Below are positions 31,081-41,015 of a stretch of DNA of 64,000 nucleotides, piece by piece. The translations under genes and the position numbers were made by a program. Source of the stretch: a virus. The stretch's first letter is position 1. Each line of letters opens with the position of its first letter. The stretch covers positions 1-64,000 of the IMG/VR virus record IMGVR_UViG_3300042878_001497; one strand, 5' to 3'. The notes beneath the pieces were generated by a model that saw nothing but the letters and a program-made list of their open reading frames with translations, did not search any database and had not been told where the DNA came from.

Positions 31081-31902
31081 ATGGATTTATCCCTCATTAA
31101 ACAAAAGATGTCCGCCATGCAGAGTGGCGGTCGTCAAGAACGCGAAAAAGTAGACTACGAAAAGATCTTCTGGAAGCCGGCTTTCGGCAAGCACCAGATC
31201 CGAATCGTACCGGCTTTCGACAATCCAGCTTATCCTTTCAAGGAGCTGTATTTCCACTACGGTATTGGAAAATACCCAATGATTGCTCTTACCAATTTTG
31301 GAGAGCAAGATCCAATCGTTAACTTCGTAAATGAACTTCGTAAGACTTCCGACAAAGACAACTGGTCTCTGTCAGGAAAGATCTCCCCTAAGATGCGAGT
31401 TTTCGCACCAGTAGTAGTACGAGGTGAAGAAGACAAAGGAGTTCGTCTATGGAGCTTCGGTAAGGAGGTTTATAAGACTCTCTTACAGCTTGCAGAAGAC
31501 GAGGAGATCGGTGACTACACCGATGTTGTCAACGGATGGGATATGACTCTAGAGCTTACCCAAGGTAACCCTTACCCTTCGACATCAGTACGTATTCGTC
31601 CTAAGCAGACTCCTCTTTCTGATGATAGCTCAAAAGTAGAGTCATGGATTAAAAATCAGCCCGTAGCTGTTGATTCATTCTCTAAGTACGATTTTAACTT
31701 TATTAAAAAGCAGCTGGAAAGCTACTTATCAGGCGGAGAAGAGACTGCTGAAGAATCAGCACCAGCTCCTATCCAATCAGCTCCTGCTGCCGTCCAAGCA
31801 CCTAAGCAGTCGTTTACTCTTGAGAGTGTAGTCGCAGAGAAGAAAGACGCAGTAAGTCAGTTCGACGATCTGTTCAAGGATACTGACGACCTACCTTTCT
31901 AA
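31081..31902 (+). CDS. Single-stranded DNA-binding protein (gp32-like)
   Basis: FWKP..G...IRIVP; VRLWSFGK; acidic DDLPF tail. Confidence 0.8.
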   Translation: MDLSLIKQKMSAMQSGGRQEREKVDYEKIFWKPAFGKHQIRIVPAFDNPAYPFKELYFHYGIGKYPMIALTNFGEQDPIVNFVNELRKTSDKDNWSLSGKISPKMRVFAPVVVRGEEDKGVRLWSFGKEVYKTLLQLAEDEEIGDYTDVVNGWDMTLELTQGNPYPSTSVRIRPKQTPLSDDSSKVESWIKNQPVAVDSFSKYDFNFIKKQLESYLSGGEETAEESAPAPIQSAPAAVQAPKQSFTLESVVAEKKDAVSQFDDLFKDTDDLPF

Positions 31903-31904
31903 GG

Positions 31905-32993
31905 ATGGCTAAAAAAGGCATTTCTGAAGTCGCTCAAGCAGCGATCAAGAATAACTTCGACCTCGGGAAGTTTAAGAAGAACAAGGGACTAGCATCTGCT
32001 AGCGTTAAGTTCAAAGAGCAGAGATGGATTCCTCTATCTAAAGCTTTCCAGGACATCACTTCGATTCCTGGCATCCCTCAAGGTCACATCACGCTTTTGC
32101 GAGGTCATAGTGATACTGGAAAGACTACCGCTTTGCTAGAAGCTGCAGTAGCAGCCCAGAAGATGGGAGTACTTCCAGTATTCATTATCACGGAGATGAA
32201 GTGGAGCTGGGAGCATGCCCGGGAGATGGGTCTGCAGTTCCAAGAGGTTGTTGATAAGGACACCGGAGAGATCATTGACTTCGAAGGTTTCTTCCTTTAC
32301 GTAGACCGAGGCAACATCAATACTATCGAAGACGTATCAACGTTTATTCTCGATCTAATTGATGAGCAGAAGAAAGGAGAACTACCCCATAACCTTTTGT
32401 TCCTGTGGGATTCAATCGGTTCGGTACCATGTGAGCTATCAGTTCGTTCTAACAAGAACAACAACGAGTGGAATGCCGGCGCTATGAGCACCCAGTTCGG
32501 TAATAACGTCAACCAGAAAATCCTCCTATCTAGGAAGGAAGGTCAACCTTACACCAACACTCTAGTTGCTATCAACAAGGTTTGGACTATGAAACCCGGC
32601 ATGCCGATGGAACAGCCCAAGCTTCAGAACAAGGGCGGTATGGCGATGTGGTATGATGCTACTTTGGTAATCACTTTTGGTAACATCACCAACTCCGGCA
32701 CCAGCAAGATCAAGGCTATCAAAGGAGGTAAGCAGGTAGAATTTGCCAAGCGTACTAAGATCCAGGTAGATAAGAACCACATCAACGGTATCACTACCCG
32801 AGGTGCGATCGTCATGACTACTCACGGCTTCTTAGAAGACGAAAAAAAAGCAATCGATAATTATAAAAAGGAACATTCCGACTACTGGCTCACGACCCTC
32901 GGTTCAACCGATTTTGTGCTGGTAGAGGAAGGCAGTATGGAAGAGGACATCCGAGACATCGGAATAGAGTTCGGCCTTAACATGGAAGTGTAA
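31905..32993 (+). CDS. uvsX: RecA/UvsX-like recombinase
   Basis: Walker A GHSDTGKT; LFLWDSIGS; INKVW...KGG. Confidence 0.8.
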   Translation: MAKKGISEVAQAAIKNNFDLGKFKKNKGLASASVKFKEQRWIPLSKAFQDITSIPGIPQGHITLLRGHSDTGKTTALLEAAVAAQKMGVLPVFIITEMKWSWEHAREMGLQFQEVVDKDTGEIIDFEGFFLYVDRGNINTIEDVSTFILDLIDEQKKGELPHNLLFLWDSIGSVPCELSVRSNKNNNEWNAGAMSTQFGNNVNQKILLSRKEGQPYTNTLVAINKVWTMKPGMPMEQPKLQNKGGMAMWYDATLVITFGNITNSGTSKIKAIKGGKQVEFAKRTKIQVDKNHINGITTRGAIVMTTHGFLEDEKKAIDNYKKEHSDYWLTTLGSTDFVLVEEGSMEEDIRDIGIEFGLNMEV

Positions 32994-34012
32994 TGGGTAA
33001 GTACGACGATATACTGGCTAAGATCCAGGTATCGGAACCCAGAAGACTTAATGATAACATCCTAGTTATCGACGCGATGAATACCTTTATAAGGAATTTC
33101 ACGATGATTAATCTTATGAATCCGCAAGGCTCCCATGTCGGGGGTCTTGTTGGGTTCCTTAAGAGCTTAGGATTTCTAGTTAGGACTTTTGATCCCACCC
33201 GGATTATAATTGTCTTTGACGGACCCGGCTCTACAGCCGCCCGGAAGCTAGTCAACTCAGACTATAAAGCCAACCGGAACCTTAGTCGGATCACCAACTG
33301 GGAGATGTACGACAACAAGGATCAGGAGTACGCTTCTATGTCCGCACAGATCGAGCGACTGGTCGAATACCTGCATATGCTACCGGTAGACCTGCTTGCG
33401 ATCAACAAGGTAGAGGCTGATGACGTGATTGCTTTTATAGCTAAGGAATTTAGTCAGAGCAAGGTCACGATCGTATCTTCGGATAAGGACTTCATGCAGG
33501 TTGTCAATGATAACGTCCGGGTCCACTCCCCTATAAAGAAGAAAAACTACGGACCTGCAGAGGTGCTAGAGGAGCAGGGTGTTCTCCCAAGCAATTACTT
33601 GATTGTAAAATCATTGCTAGGAGATAATTCCGATAACCTACAAGGTGTTAAGGGGCTAGGAATAAAGGGTGTCCTCAAACATTTCCCGAACCTCGCCACT
33701 ATCCCTAACACCGACCTAGACTATGTTTACGAGGTGTGTGAAGAGGGTGTGCAGAAGACTAAAATCCTTGCAAAGATCCTAGAACGTAAGCACGTAGTAG
33801 ATCAAAACTACGGACTGATGAATCTCATGGAGCCACAGTTGTCAGACACCCAGATTAGTATTATATTAGATGTCCTAGGATCGCCCTGCCAGCAGTTAAA
33901 TGCAACAGCATTTATGTTAATGCTCCAGCAAGACAACATCCAACATGGGATTACGAAAAACACAGAAAGTTGGTTAGAAACCTTCAGATACATCTTAACA
34001 GTTAAAAAGTGA
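32993..34012 (+). CDS. 5'-3' exonuclease/flap endonuclease (T4 RNase H-like)
   Basis: VFDG, YKANR, EADDVIA, SSDKDF, GDNSDNLQGVKGLG. Confidence 0.9.
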   Translation: MGKYDDILAKIQVSEPRRLNDNILVIDAMNTFIRNFTMINLMNPQGSHVGGLVGFLKSLGFLVRTFDPTRIIIVFDGPGSTAARKLVNSDYKANRNLSRITNWEMYDNKDQEYASMSAQIERLVEYLHMLPVDLLAINKVEADDVIAFIAKEFSQSKVTIVSSDKDFMQVVNDNVRVHSPIKKKNYGPAEVLEEQGVLPSNYLIVKSLLGDNSDNLQGVKGLGIKGVLKHFPNLATIPNTDLDYVYEVCEEGVQKTKILAKILERKHVVDQNYGLMNLMEPQLSDTQISIILDVLGSPCQQLNATAFMLMLQQDNIQHGITKNTESWLETFRYILTVKK

Positions 34013-35373
34013 CACTACAAAAACTCAGTCAATACGGTAAAGGTTTTCAGATTAAAGTACTGGGTTCACTACTTACTGATAAAACATTCCTACTCAATGT
34101 TAGGGATACTATTATCGAAGAATACTTTGATGCTGATTCCCATAAATGGATCATCAAGAATACTTTATCGTATTTCGATAAGTACCATACTACTATCTCG
34201 CTAGATGTTCTAAGGATCGAACTTCAGAAAGTTGAAAACGATGTCCTTAAGACTGCTATCAAGGAAGAGCTTCGAAACTCTTACCAAGCCTCCCAAGAAG
34301 ACCTAAAGTACGTCCAGGAAGAGTTTAATACCTTCTGCAAAAATCAGAAGCTTAAGCAAGCACTTATGGATAGCGCCGATCTGCTTAATGCAGGTGACTA
34401 CGACTCTATCCGAGGAATGATTGAGGCTGCTTTAAAAGCAGGTATGGATAAAAATATCGGTCATGAGTACCTTAAGGATATCGAGAGCCGATACCGAGAA
34501 GACTACCGACCGACTGTCTCCACCCCCTGGGCTACCATCAACCAAGCCATACAAGGGGGGTGGGGACCCGGAGACCTCGCTATCATCTTCGGTAACCCGG
34601 GTGGCGGTAAATCTTGGATGATGGTTGCTGCTGGTGCTCATGCAGTCCAGCAAGGCTTCAACGTCGTCTACTATACCCTAGAGCTAGGAGAAGACTATGT
34701 AGGTAAGAGGTTTGACTGCTACTTCACCGGCTACAGTATCGACGAAGTCAATAAGCATAGACCCGAAGTAGAGAAGATCGTTAATGGCTTGAAAGGAAAG
34801 CTTATAGTTAAGGAGTATGCTCCTAAAGCAGCTACCGTTACTACTATCAAGTCCCATCTTCAGAAATGTACTGATATGGGTCATAAGCCTGATCTAGTGA
34901 TAATCGACTACGTTGACTATCTCCGAGCTCCCTCCCGGAAGTACGCTGAACGTAAAGACGAAATCGATGACGTATTTGTTGCCGTAAAAGGGTTGGCTAA
35001 GGAGCTAAAAATTCCTATCTTAACACCATCACAGGTTAACAGAATGGGTGCTAAAGACGACGTTATTGAAGGCGATAAGGCTGCCGGATCTTACGACAAG
35101 ATGATGGTTGCAGATATTGCAATCTCGCTTTCACGTAAGAAAGAGGATAAGGTCAACGGTACCGGCCGGGTACATATCATGAAAAACCGCTACGGTATGG
35201 ATGGTATGACTTACGGTGCTAAGGTCAACACCAATAACGGACACATCGACATCTCAGAAGATATACATCTCGAAGAAATGCCAACTGCCGCACCTACCTC
35301 AGTTAGCGGAGTTGATACCCTGGACCGTAAACTTTTAGCAAATAAATTTTTCGAACTACAGGCAAAAATATAG
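34009..35373 (+). CDS. dnaB: DnaB-like replicative helicase
   Basis: GNPGGGKS; YYTLEL; IIDYVD; SQVNR; KNRYG. Confidence 0.9.
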   Translation: MTLQKLSQYGKGFQIKVLGSLLTDKTFLLNVRDTIIEEYFDADSHKWIIKNTLSYFDKYHTTISLDVLRIELQKVENDVLKTAIKEELRNSYQASQEDLKYVQEEFNTFCKNQKLKQALMDSADLLNAGDYDSIRGMIEAALKAGMDKNIGHEYLKDIESRYREDYRPTVSTPWATINQAIQGGWGPGDLAIIFGNPGGGKSWMMVAAGAHAVQQGFNVVYYTLELGEDYVGKRFDCYFTGYSIDEVNKHRPEVEKIVNGLKGKLIVKEYAPKAATVTTIKSHLQKCTDMGHKPDLVIIDYVDYLRAPSRKYAERKDEIDDVFVAVKGLAKELKIPILTPSQVNRMGAKDDVIEGDKAAGSYDKMMVADIAISLSRKKEDKVNGTGRVHIMKNRYGMDGMTYGAKVNTNNGHIDISEDIHLEEMPTAAPTSVSGVDTLDRKLLANKFFELQAKI

Positions 35374-35429
35374 CCCCGAGCCGTATTTATAACACACGGC
35401 CCGAGGGATGAACCCCGAGGGCTGTTTTT
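35373..35429 (+). promoter_or_regulatory. Structured nrdB leader with overlapping alternative hairpins and a TATTTATA motif
   Basis: GCCGT/ACGGC hairpin versus ACGGCCC-GA-GGG-ATGAA-CCC-CGA-GGGCTGT hairpin plus T run. Confidence 0.5.
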
Positions 35430-35458
35430 GTCTAACCATCTATCAAATATATAAAGAT

Positions 35459-36442
35459 ATGAGCATCCTTCAAGAGCGTATCGTCTACAAACCCTTCGAA
35501 TATCCCCAGGCCTACGAGTACTGGTTAAAGCAACAGCAAGCCCACTGGCTGCACACCGAAGTACCCATTGCCAACGATATCACTGACTGGAAGTCAAACT
35601 TAAAGGATCACGAAAAGAATGTAATAGGAGGAATCCTAAAAGGCTTCGCCCAGACCGAGACTGTGGTAAACGATTACTGGACCGGACTTGTTACTAAGTG
35701 GTTCCGCAAGCCCGAGATCATTATGATGGCAACTACGTTCGGATCATTCGAAACTATCCATGCCGAGGCTTACTCTCTATTAAACGAGGAGTTAGGTTTA
35801 GATAACTTTGCCGAATTTATGGAGGACGAAGCTACTAAGAATAAGATCGAATCGCTAATGAAAGTTCGTGATGGTCACAACGGAGCTATCGACTATACCG
35901 AAGTTGCAAGATCTTTAGCCATCTTCTCAGCATTCACCGAAGGAGTAAATCTATTCAGCTCTTTCGCCGTACTGCTTTCTTTTAAGATGAGAAACAAGCT
36001 AAAGGGTGTTGGTCAGATCGTTGAATGGTCAGTACGTGATGAATCTCTTCATTCGGAAGCCGGGTGCTGGTTATTCCGTCAGCTGATCAAAGAGCATCCT
36101 GAGCTTAAGACTCCGGAGCTTGTTAGCGAGATCGAAAAAGCTGCTTTGATGGCTTTGGATCTAGAGTTTAAGTTTATCGATAAGATCTTTGAGATGGGTG
36201 ATCTAGAGAACTTAAGCAAAGACGAGCTTAAGAACTTCATCAAGCACCGGGTAAATACCAAGATGGGTGACCTGGGATTAAAGCCTCTTATTCCTTCTTC
36301 AGAGATTGACAAGGGAGCACTGAAGACTATGAAGTGGTTTGATATGGTTATCGCCGGCAAGCAGCACACAGACTTCTTTGCTAGCAGAGTAACAAACTAC
36401 TCAAAAGGTCATATGGAGTGGGATTCAAGCTCTATCTTCTAA
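35459..36442 (+). CDS. nrdB: Ribonucleotide reductase class I beta subunit
   Basis: ETIHAEAY, EGVNLFSSF, RDESLH, DFFASRVTNY; start at MSILQER. Confidence 0.95.
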   Translation: MSILQERIVYKPFEYPQAYEYWLKQQQAHWLHTEVPIANDITDWKSNLKDHEKNVIGGILKGFAQTETVVNDYWTGLVTKWFRKPEIIMMATTFGSFETIHAEAYSLLNEELGLDNFAEFMEDEATKNKIESLMKVRDGHNGAIDYTEVARSLAIFSAFTEGVNLFSSFAVLLSFKMRNKLKGVGQIVEWSVRDESLHSEAGCWLFRQLIKEHPELKTPELVSEIEKAALMALDLEFKFIDKIFEMGDLENLSKDELKNFIKHRVNTKMGDLGLKPLIPSSEIDKGALKTMKWFDMVIAGKQHTDFFASRVTNYSKGHMEWDSSSIF

Positions 36443-36443
36443 G

Positions 36444-36965
36444 ATGGCTTCTCACAGTACTTTATTAGTTCCTTTAATTAAGGAGATGCTTGTCAAAGAA
36501 ATTGGAGAAGCAAACATTCAACCTCTGAAGTGGACTCAAGTAGCCCTAACTAGGTACAAATTCCTAGTAGATGTAGGTGACTTTACTGAAGTAGTAACGG
36601 TAGATTTCGACAAACTTATAGAACCCGAGACTAAACAGTTTTACCTACCTCAGAAATACAGAGACCTAGAAGATGTATACAACGTAGGATATGCTGTATC
36701 GGGAACTGAACTTCAACTAGCTAAATCTGATTTAAAGACTTTACTTACAATCTTATCAACAGTTGTAGATATCGTAAAGGACTTTCTAGATAAGAACGAT
36801 GTAGACGGGTTATACATAAGAGGTACAGCTAAGGATACAGACAGTAAAGATACTTCTCAAAAATCTAACCTGTATCAAGCTTTTATCAAAAAACAGTTGC
36901 AACAGATTATCGATTTCGGGTTTGATACTTACAGAAACGGTTTTATATTAGTTAAAAGAAAATAA
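36444..36965 (+). CDS. Hypothetical protein between nrdB and nrdA
   Basis: Tightly packed ORF. Confidence 0.7.
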   Translation: MASHSTLLVPLIKEMLVKEIGEANIQPLKWTQVALTRYKFLVDVGDFTEVVTVDFDKLIEPETKQFYLPQKYRDLEDVYNVGYAVSGTELQLAKSDLKTLLTILSTVVDIVKDFLDKNDVDGLYIRGTAKDTDSKDTSQKSNLYQAFIKKQLQQIIDFGFDTYRNGFILVKRK

Positions 36966-36966
36966 G

Positions 36967-38682
36967 ATGAATAATAGCATTTACGTAGACTCCTCTCAGT
37001 GGGAGGCAGGGAAGGATTTTCCCGAATGGATGAACGATATGTCTCTAGCAACTATCTCGAAAGGATACTTGCTGCCAGGCGAAACCCCGAAGAAAGCCTA
37101 CCAGCGTGTTGCTAACGCTGTAGCGGCTAGACTTAAGAGACCGGACCTAGCTCCGAAGTTCTTTAAATATATGTGGAAGGGATGGTTAAATCTAGCTTCT
37201 CCCGTGCTTTCAAACACAGGAACAGAAAGAGGTCTACCTATCTCATGCTTTGGTATCGATACACCCGATAGCATTAGAGGAATCGGGCTTACAAATGCAG
37301 AGCTAATGCGACTCTCCTCACTGGGTGGTGGTGTAGGTATCGGATTATCTCGTGTTAGAGAAAGAGGAACACCTATCACCGGCAACGGCTACTCAGAAGG
37401 AATCGTGCCCTGGGCTAAAATCTACGATTCAACTATTATCGCCACTAACCAAGGAGCCGTTCGCAGAGGAGCTGCTTCGGTAAACCTAGACATTAATCAT
37501 GGAGATATTAAAGAATTCCTCCAAATTAGGAGACCTAAAGGAGATCCCAACCGTCAATGTCTCAACCTACATCAATGCGTGGTTGTCGATGACGAGTTTA
37601 TGCGCAAACTTGAAAGACGAAACCCAGAAGCAGTCGAACTCTGGGTCGAAATCCTTAAGTCAAGAGTAGAGACGGGAGAACCTTATATCATGTTTAAGGA
37701 TAATGTCAACAACGACAATCCTACAGCCTACGTTAAGAACAACTTAGAGGTATCGATGACTAACATCTGTACCGAAATTACTCTTCATACCGATGAAGAA
37801 CACTCGTTTATCTGCTGCTTATCTTCGGTAAACCTAGCCAAGTACGAGGAATGGAAAGATACAGACTTGATTGAGACTGCAATCTACTTCCTGGACGGAG
37901 TAATGGAAGAGTTTCTTCACAAGACCGACGGAAAGGATTCGCTGATCCGTTCACATCGTTCAGCTAAGAAAGGACGTGCAATCGGACTAGGGGTACTAGG
38001 CTGGCATACTTTCTTACAGCAAAAAGGCTTACCATTCAACTCAATCGCTTCAACGGGCTGGACCAATACAATCTTCTCACAAATCAGAACTCAGGCCGAA
38101 GCAGCTTCGAGAAAATTAGCCATCGAATATGGAGAACCCGAATGGTGCAAAGGCACGGGAATGCGCAACACGCACCTGCTTGCGATTGCGCCGACTGTTT
38201 CTAATAGTACTATTTCCGGAGGTGTATCTGCTGGTATTGAGCCGATACCTGCCAACATTTATACGTTCAACAGCGGCAAGGGTACGTTCATTCGTAAGAA
38301 CCCGGTGCTGGAAGCGTACCTAGAGGAGAGAGGTCACAACACCGAAGAGGTATGGGATCAGATTATCAGAGATAGAGGTTCTGTAGCAGGTCTACCGGAC
38401 GATATTATTTCAGCTTACGATAAGGAGATCTTCTATACTTTTACCGAGATCAATCAGCTAGCATTAGTAGAGCAGGCTGCTATCCGTCAGAAGTATATTG
38501 ACCAGACTCAATCACTGAATCTGTCATTCGATCCTACCGATTCTCCTAAGTTTATTAACCTGGTACACCAGACAGCTTGGAAGCTTGGCATCAAGACTCT
38601 TTACTACCTACGTACCGACTCAGTTATTAACGGGGATATTGGTAGCCGTACTTCAGAAGATTGCCTTTCTTGTGACGGCTAG
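36967..38682 (+). CDS. nrdA: Ribonucleotide reductase class I alpha subunit (no ATP cone)
   Basis: PISCF, GGGVG, TNICTEI, APTVS, KTLYY, C-terminal CLSC. Confidence 0.95.
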   Translation: MNNSIYVDSSQWEAGKDFPEWMNDMSLATISKGYLLPGETPKKAYQRVANAVAARLKRPDLAPKFFKYMWKGWLNLASPVLSNTGTERGLPISCFGIDTPDSIRGIGLTNAELMRLSSLGGGVGIGLSRVRERGTPITGNGYSEGIVPWAKIYDSTIIATNQGAVRRGAASVNLDINHGDIKEFLQIRRPKGDPNRQCLNLHQCVVVDDEFMRKLERRNPEAVELWVEILKSRVETGEPYIMFKDNVNNDNPTAYVKNNLEVSMTNICTEITLHTDEEHSFICCLSSVNLAKYEEWKDTDLIETAIYFLDGVMEEFLHKTDGKDSLIRSHRSAKKGRAIGLGVLGWHTFLQQKGLPFNSIASTGWTNTIFSQIRTQAEAASRKLAIEYGEPEWCKGTGMRNTHLLAIAPTVSNSTISGGVSAGIEPIPANIYTFNSGKGTFIRKNPVLEAYLEERGHNTEEVWDQIIRDRGSVAGLPDDIISAYDKEIFYTFTEINQLALVEQAAIRQKYIDQTQSLNLSFDPTDSPKFINLVHQTAWKLGIKTLYYLRTDSVINGDIGSRTSEDCLSCDG

Positions 38683-38706
38683 TCTATTTATAATAAATCT
38701 TTTCGT

Positions 38707-39075
38707 ATGAAATTAAGCGATATCATCCTAACAGAAGGAGTTAACCCTAGGGAATTAGACAAGTACATCGAAGAACTTGTAGAACTCCTTAAAGACGGTA
38801 AAGAAGTTCAAGTACCGGCCCCAGGCGGTTCCGTAAACGTCTTGAAGCAAGATAGAGTGCTACGAATGTTTCTATTCGATAGAATTAATACTTATGTAAA
38901 AGAAAAAGGCGATGCCCTTGCAGGTATTGAAGGAATCAAAACAGATTCTATGACAAAAGCACCTTACCTCGCTTTTAAACTTTCAGATAAAGAATTAGAA
39001 GCTCGAAAAGATCGCGATCAGGGAATGCGAGATTACATAGCCGGCGAACGAGAAGCCGGACGCTCAATAGATTAA
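38707..39075 (+). CDS. Hypothetical late protein
   Basis: TATTTATA at 38685; MKLSDIILTE N-terminus. Confidence 0.65.
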   Translation: MKLSDIILTEGVNPRELDKYIEELVELLKDGKEVQVPAPGGSVNVLKQDRVLRMFLFDRINTYVKEKGDALAGIEGIKTDSMTKAPYLAFKLSDKELEARKDRDQGMRDYIAGEREAGRSID

Positions 39076-39080
39076 AAGAG

Positions 39081-39103
39081 AAGGGCCTTGCGGCCCTTTT
39101 TTT
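39081..39103. terminator. Likely bidirectional terminator between convergent genes
   Basis: AAGGGCC-TTGC-GGCCCTT flanked by A-rich and T runs. Confidence 0.8.
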
Positions 39104-39311
39104 ATTTCTGTTTATTCTGATCATTTAAAGCTACCATTTGAGCATATTGCTCTCTGGTAAGCTCCCTGGAAGTTACAATCACCACTTTATCATCATAGAT
39201 GTAGGCGACACGGGTATGGCTTGGCTTTTGAGTGCCAACTGAGACTGCTCGTGGGGTTGAACATGACACCATCAAGGTCAACCCTGAAAGGAAAAGGAGT
39301 ACTTTTTTCAT
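39102..39311 (-). CDS. Small lipoprotein
   Basis: MKK + hydrophobic stretch + MVSC lipobox; fills a gap on the opposite strand. Confidence 0.7.
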   Translation of the reverse strand: MKKVLLFLSGLTLMVSCSTPRAVSVGTQKPSHTRVAYIYDDKVVIVTSRELTREQYAQMVALNDQNKQK

Positions 39312-39406
39312 GGGTCTTAATATTATATTAATATATAGTTAAACTTCTCTTAAACTTGGAGAAGTTGTATATTAAGTTTTTTCTTCTTATCTTTATCGAA
39401 ATAAAA

Positions 39407-39607
39407 ATGGTTATGACTAGAAAAGAACTTTTAGAGTACACCCGATCTGAAAAGCTTGATAAGCTCTTCATACTGGCAAGTCAAATGGATACTCTCGCTT
39501 TTAAGAGTGTTGAACAGCTTGAGAGCCTGATAGCTCAAAAGGCTGAACTAGAGCGAGAACTCGGTCGATTGGACGAGCGTCTGGCTAAGTTAAACGAAGA
39601 AAAATAA
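39407..39607 (+). CDS. Small coiled-coil protein
   Basis: ATG downstream of promoter motif 39365-39393. Confidence 0.55.
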   Translation: MVMTRKELLEYTRSEKLDKLFILASQMDTLAFKSVEQLESLIAQKAELERELGRLDERLAKLNEEK

Positions 39608-39609
39608 TC

Positions 39610-40167
39610 ATGTTTTACATCTACGACAAAAACCAACTTCAGTTTAAGAAACTGCTGCGTACTAAAGTAGGCGTTACTTTAGGAATGATACTGGGATTAT
39701 CTCTAGCAATCTCATACGGCATCGGACGATTTACTTGGATTAATAATTTGTCCGAATACGAGAAGAACATTCTTCTTATTAATATGAAACAAACTCCCTT
39801 CACTGAGGACGAACTAGTTGCTCTCATGAAGGATTTAGGAATTAAGTTTCCTCACATTGTACTGGCTCAATCCAAGCTTGAGACCAATAACTTCCAGTCG
39901 GGTATCTTCCGGGAGAATCACAACCTGTTCGGAATGAAAGAAGCTCGGGCTCGAATCAGTACTGCCCGCGGTACCAACCGCAATCATGCTTACTACGACA
40001 CTTGGGAGAGTTCGGTCTACGACTATGCTTTCTACCAATGCCGATACCTAAGTGCTATTGGAACAGAAGCTCAGTACTACAGCTACCTGTCCGGCAGCTA
40101 TGCCGAAGATCCTCACTACGTAGCTAAAGTAAGAAAGTTAGCTGAAAAGTTGAAAGAGAAGTTTTAA
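39610..40167 (+). CDS. GH73 glucosaminidase-like peptidoglycan hydrolase with N-terminal TM segment
   Basis: AQSKLET; NLFGMK; YDTWESSV; YAEDPHY. Confidence 0.85.
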   Translation: MFYIYDKNQLQFKKLLRTKVGVTLGMILGLSLAISYGIGRFTWINNLSEYEKNILLINMKQTPFTEDELVALMKDLGIKFPHIVLAQSKLETNNFQSGIFRENHNLFGMKEARARISTARGTNRNHAYYDTWESSVYDYAFYQCRYLSAIGTEAQYYSYLSGSYAEDPHYVAKVRKLAEKLKEKF

Positions 40168-40198
40168 GTTCGTATCTTTATAAAGTTAAATCAAGGTT

Positions 40199-40615
40199 AT
40201 GCAACATAAATTAAAACGTTTTACCCAGCGAGTAGGCATCGGCCTATTCCGTTTGATAGACCCTTCTAAGTACCAGGCTCCTAAGAATGAGTACGAGGTA
40301 GAAGCTCTAGCAATTTGCAAGCGACTAGCTTGTAGAAAGTCCAGTACTTTACTAATGTCTCCGATTTCAGGCAAGCGCTACATCCGCAGTAAGGATAATC
40401 AGATCCACGTTATTATCGAAGGACATTTGATTACTATCGTAAATCACTCCTATAGTTACGTTATCCCGGTAGAGGGTAAATCTCATGAACGTCTTATCCG
40501 GATGTTTGATATGGAGGTAGAGGCTCGCCGCAATGTAATGGAAGCTGAAATTCGAGCTAACATCAAACACTCACTGTCTAATATTTACCAGGCCCTGATC
40601 AATGAACAAGTTTAA
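40199..40615 (+). CDS. Hypothetical protein
   Basis: ORF after promoter motif 40150-40178. Confidence 0.65.
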   Translation: MQHKLKRFTQRVGIGLFRLIDPSKYQAPKNEYEVEALAICKRLACRKSSTLLMSPISGKRYIRSKDNQIHVIIEGHLITIVNHSYSYVIPVEGKSHERLIRMFDMEVEARRNVMEAEIRANIKHSLSNIYQALINEQV

Positions 40616-40910
40616 ACGTTTACAACTGACCGGTACTTTGGTACTAGCCTCACCGGCTATCTTAGTATCCTTAGCAGTGATGGCTTTTTACTTTCCTAGC
40701 TATCCTCAAGAAGATCTTGCAGAATCTATCGAAGCATCAGCTCCAGAGGCTGTTAAAGCAGATACCGTGATCGTAGTTAAGGAAGTAGAGAAAGTAGCAC
40801 CACCGGCCCCGGTAGTCAAGAAACCGGTTGCAGTTCCACCGCCTCCTCCTCCTCCAGTCGTCAAAGACACGGTAAAGAAAGTTACCGCAGAGTTGGATAC
40901 AGCTAAATAA
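40602..40910 (+). CDS. Membrane-anchored proline-rich protein
   Basis: N-terminal TM; PPPPPPP linker. Confidence 0.6.
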   Translation: MNKFKRLQLTGTLVLASPAILVSLAVMAFYFPSYPQEDLAESIEASAPEAVKADTVIVVKEVEKVAPPAPVVKKPVAVPPPPPPPVVKDTVKKVTAELDTAK

Positions 40911-41015
40911 GTTTATATCTTTAAGTATTATTAAAAAAAAATATGTTTGCACTAGGAATAATCGTAATTGTACTTCTACTAGCTATTTTAGGGAAGATGC
41001 CTAAGACTAAGTAAA

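Noticed and set aside
35408-35458. Upstream start for nrdB given in the ORF track (similarly 56930, 57361, 58973, 63004)
   Set aside because: Downstream ATGs fit domain starts, A-rich leaders and stop/start overlaps better.
36444-36965. Homing endonuclease or intron between nrdB and nrdA
   Set aside because: No HNH, GIY-YIG or LAGLIDADG motif; both RNR genes are intact.
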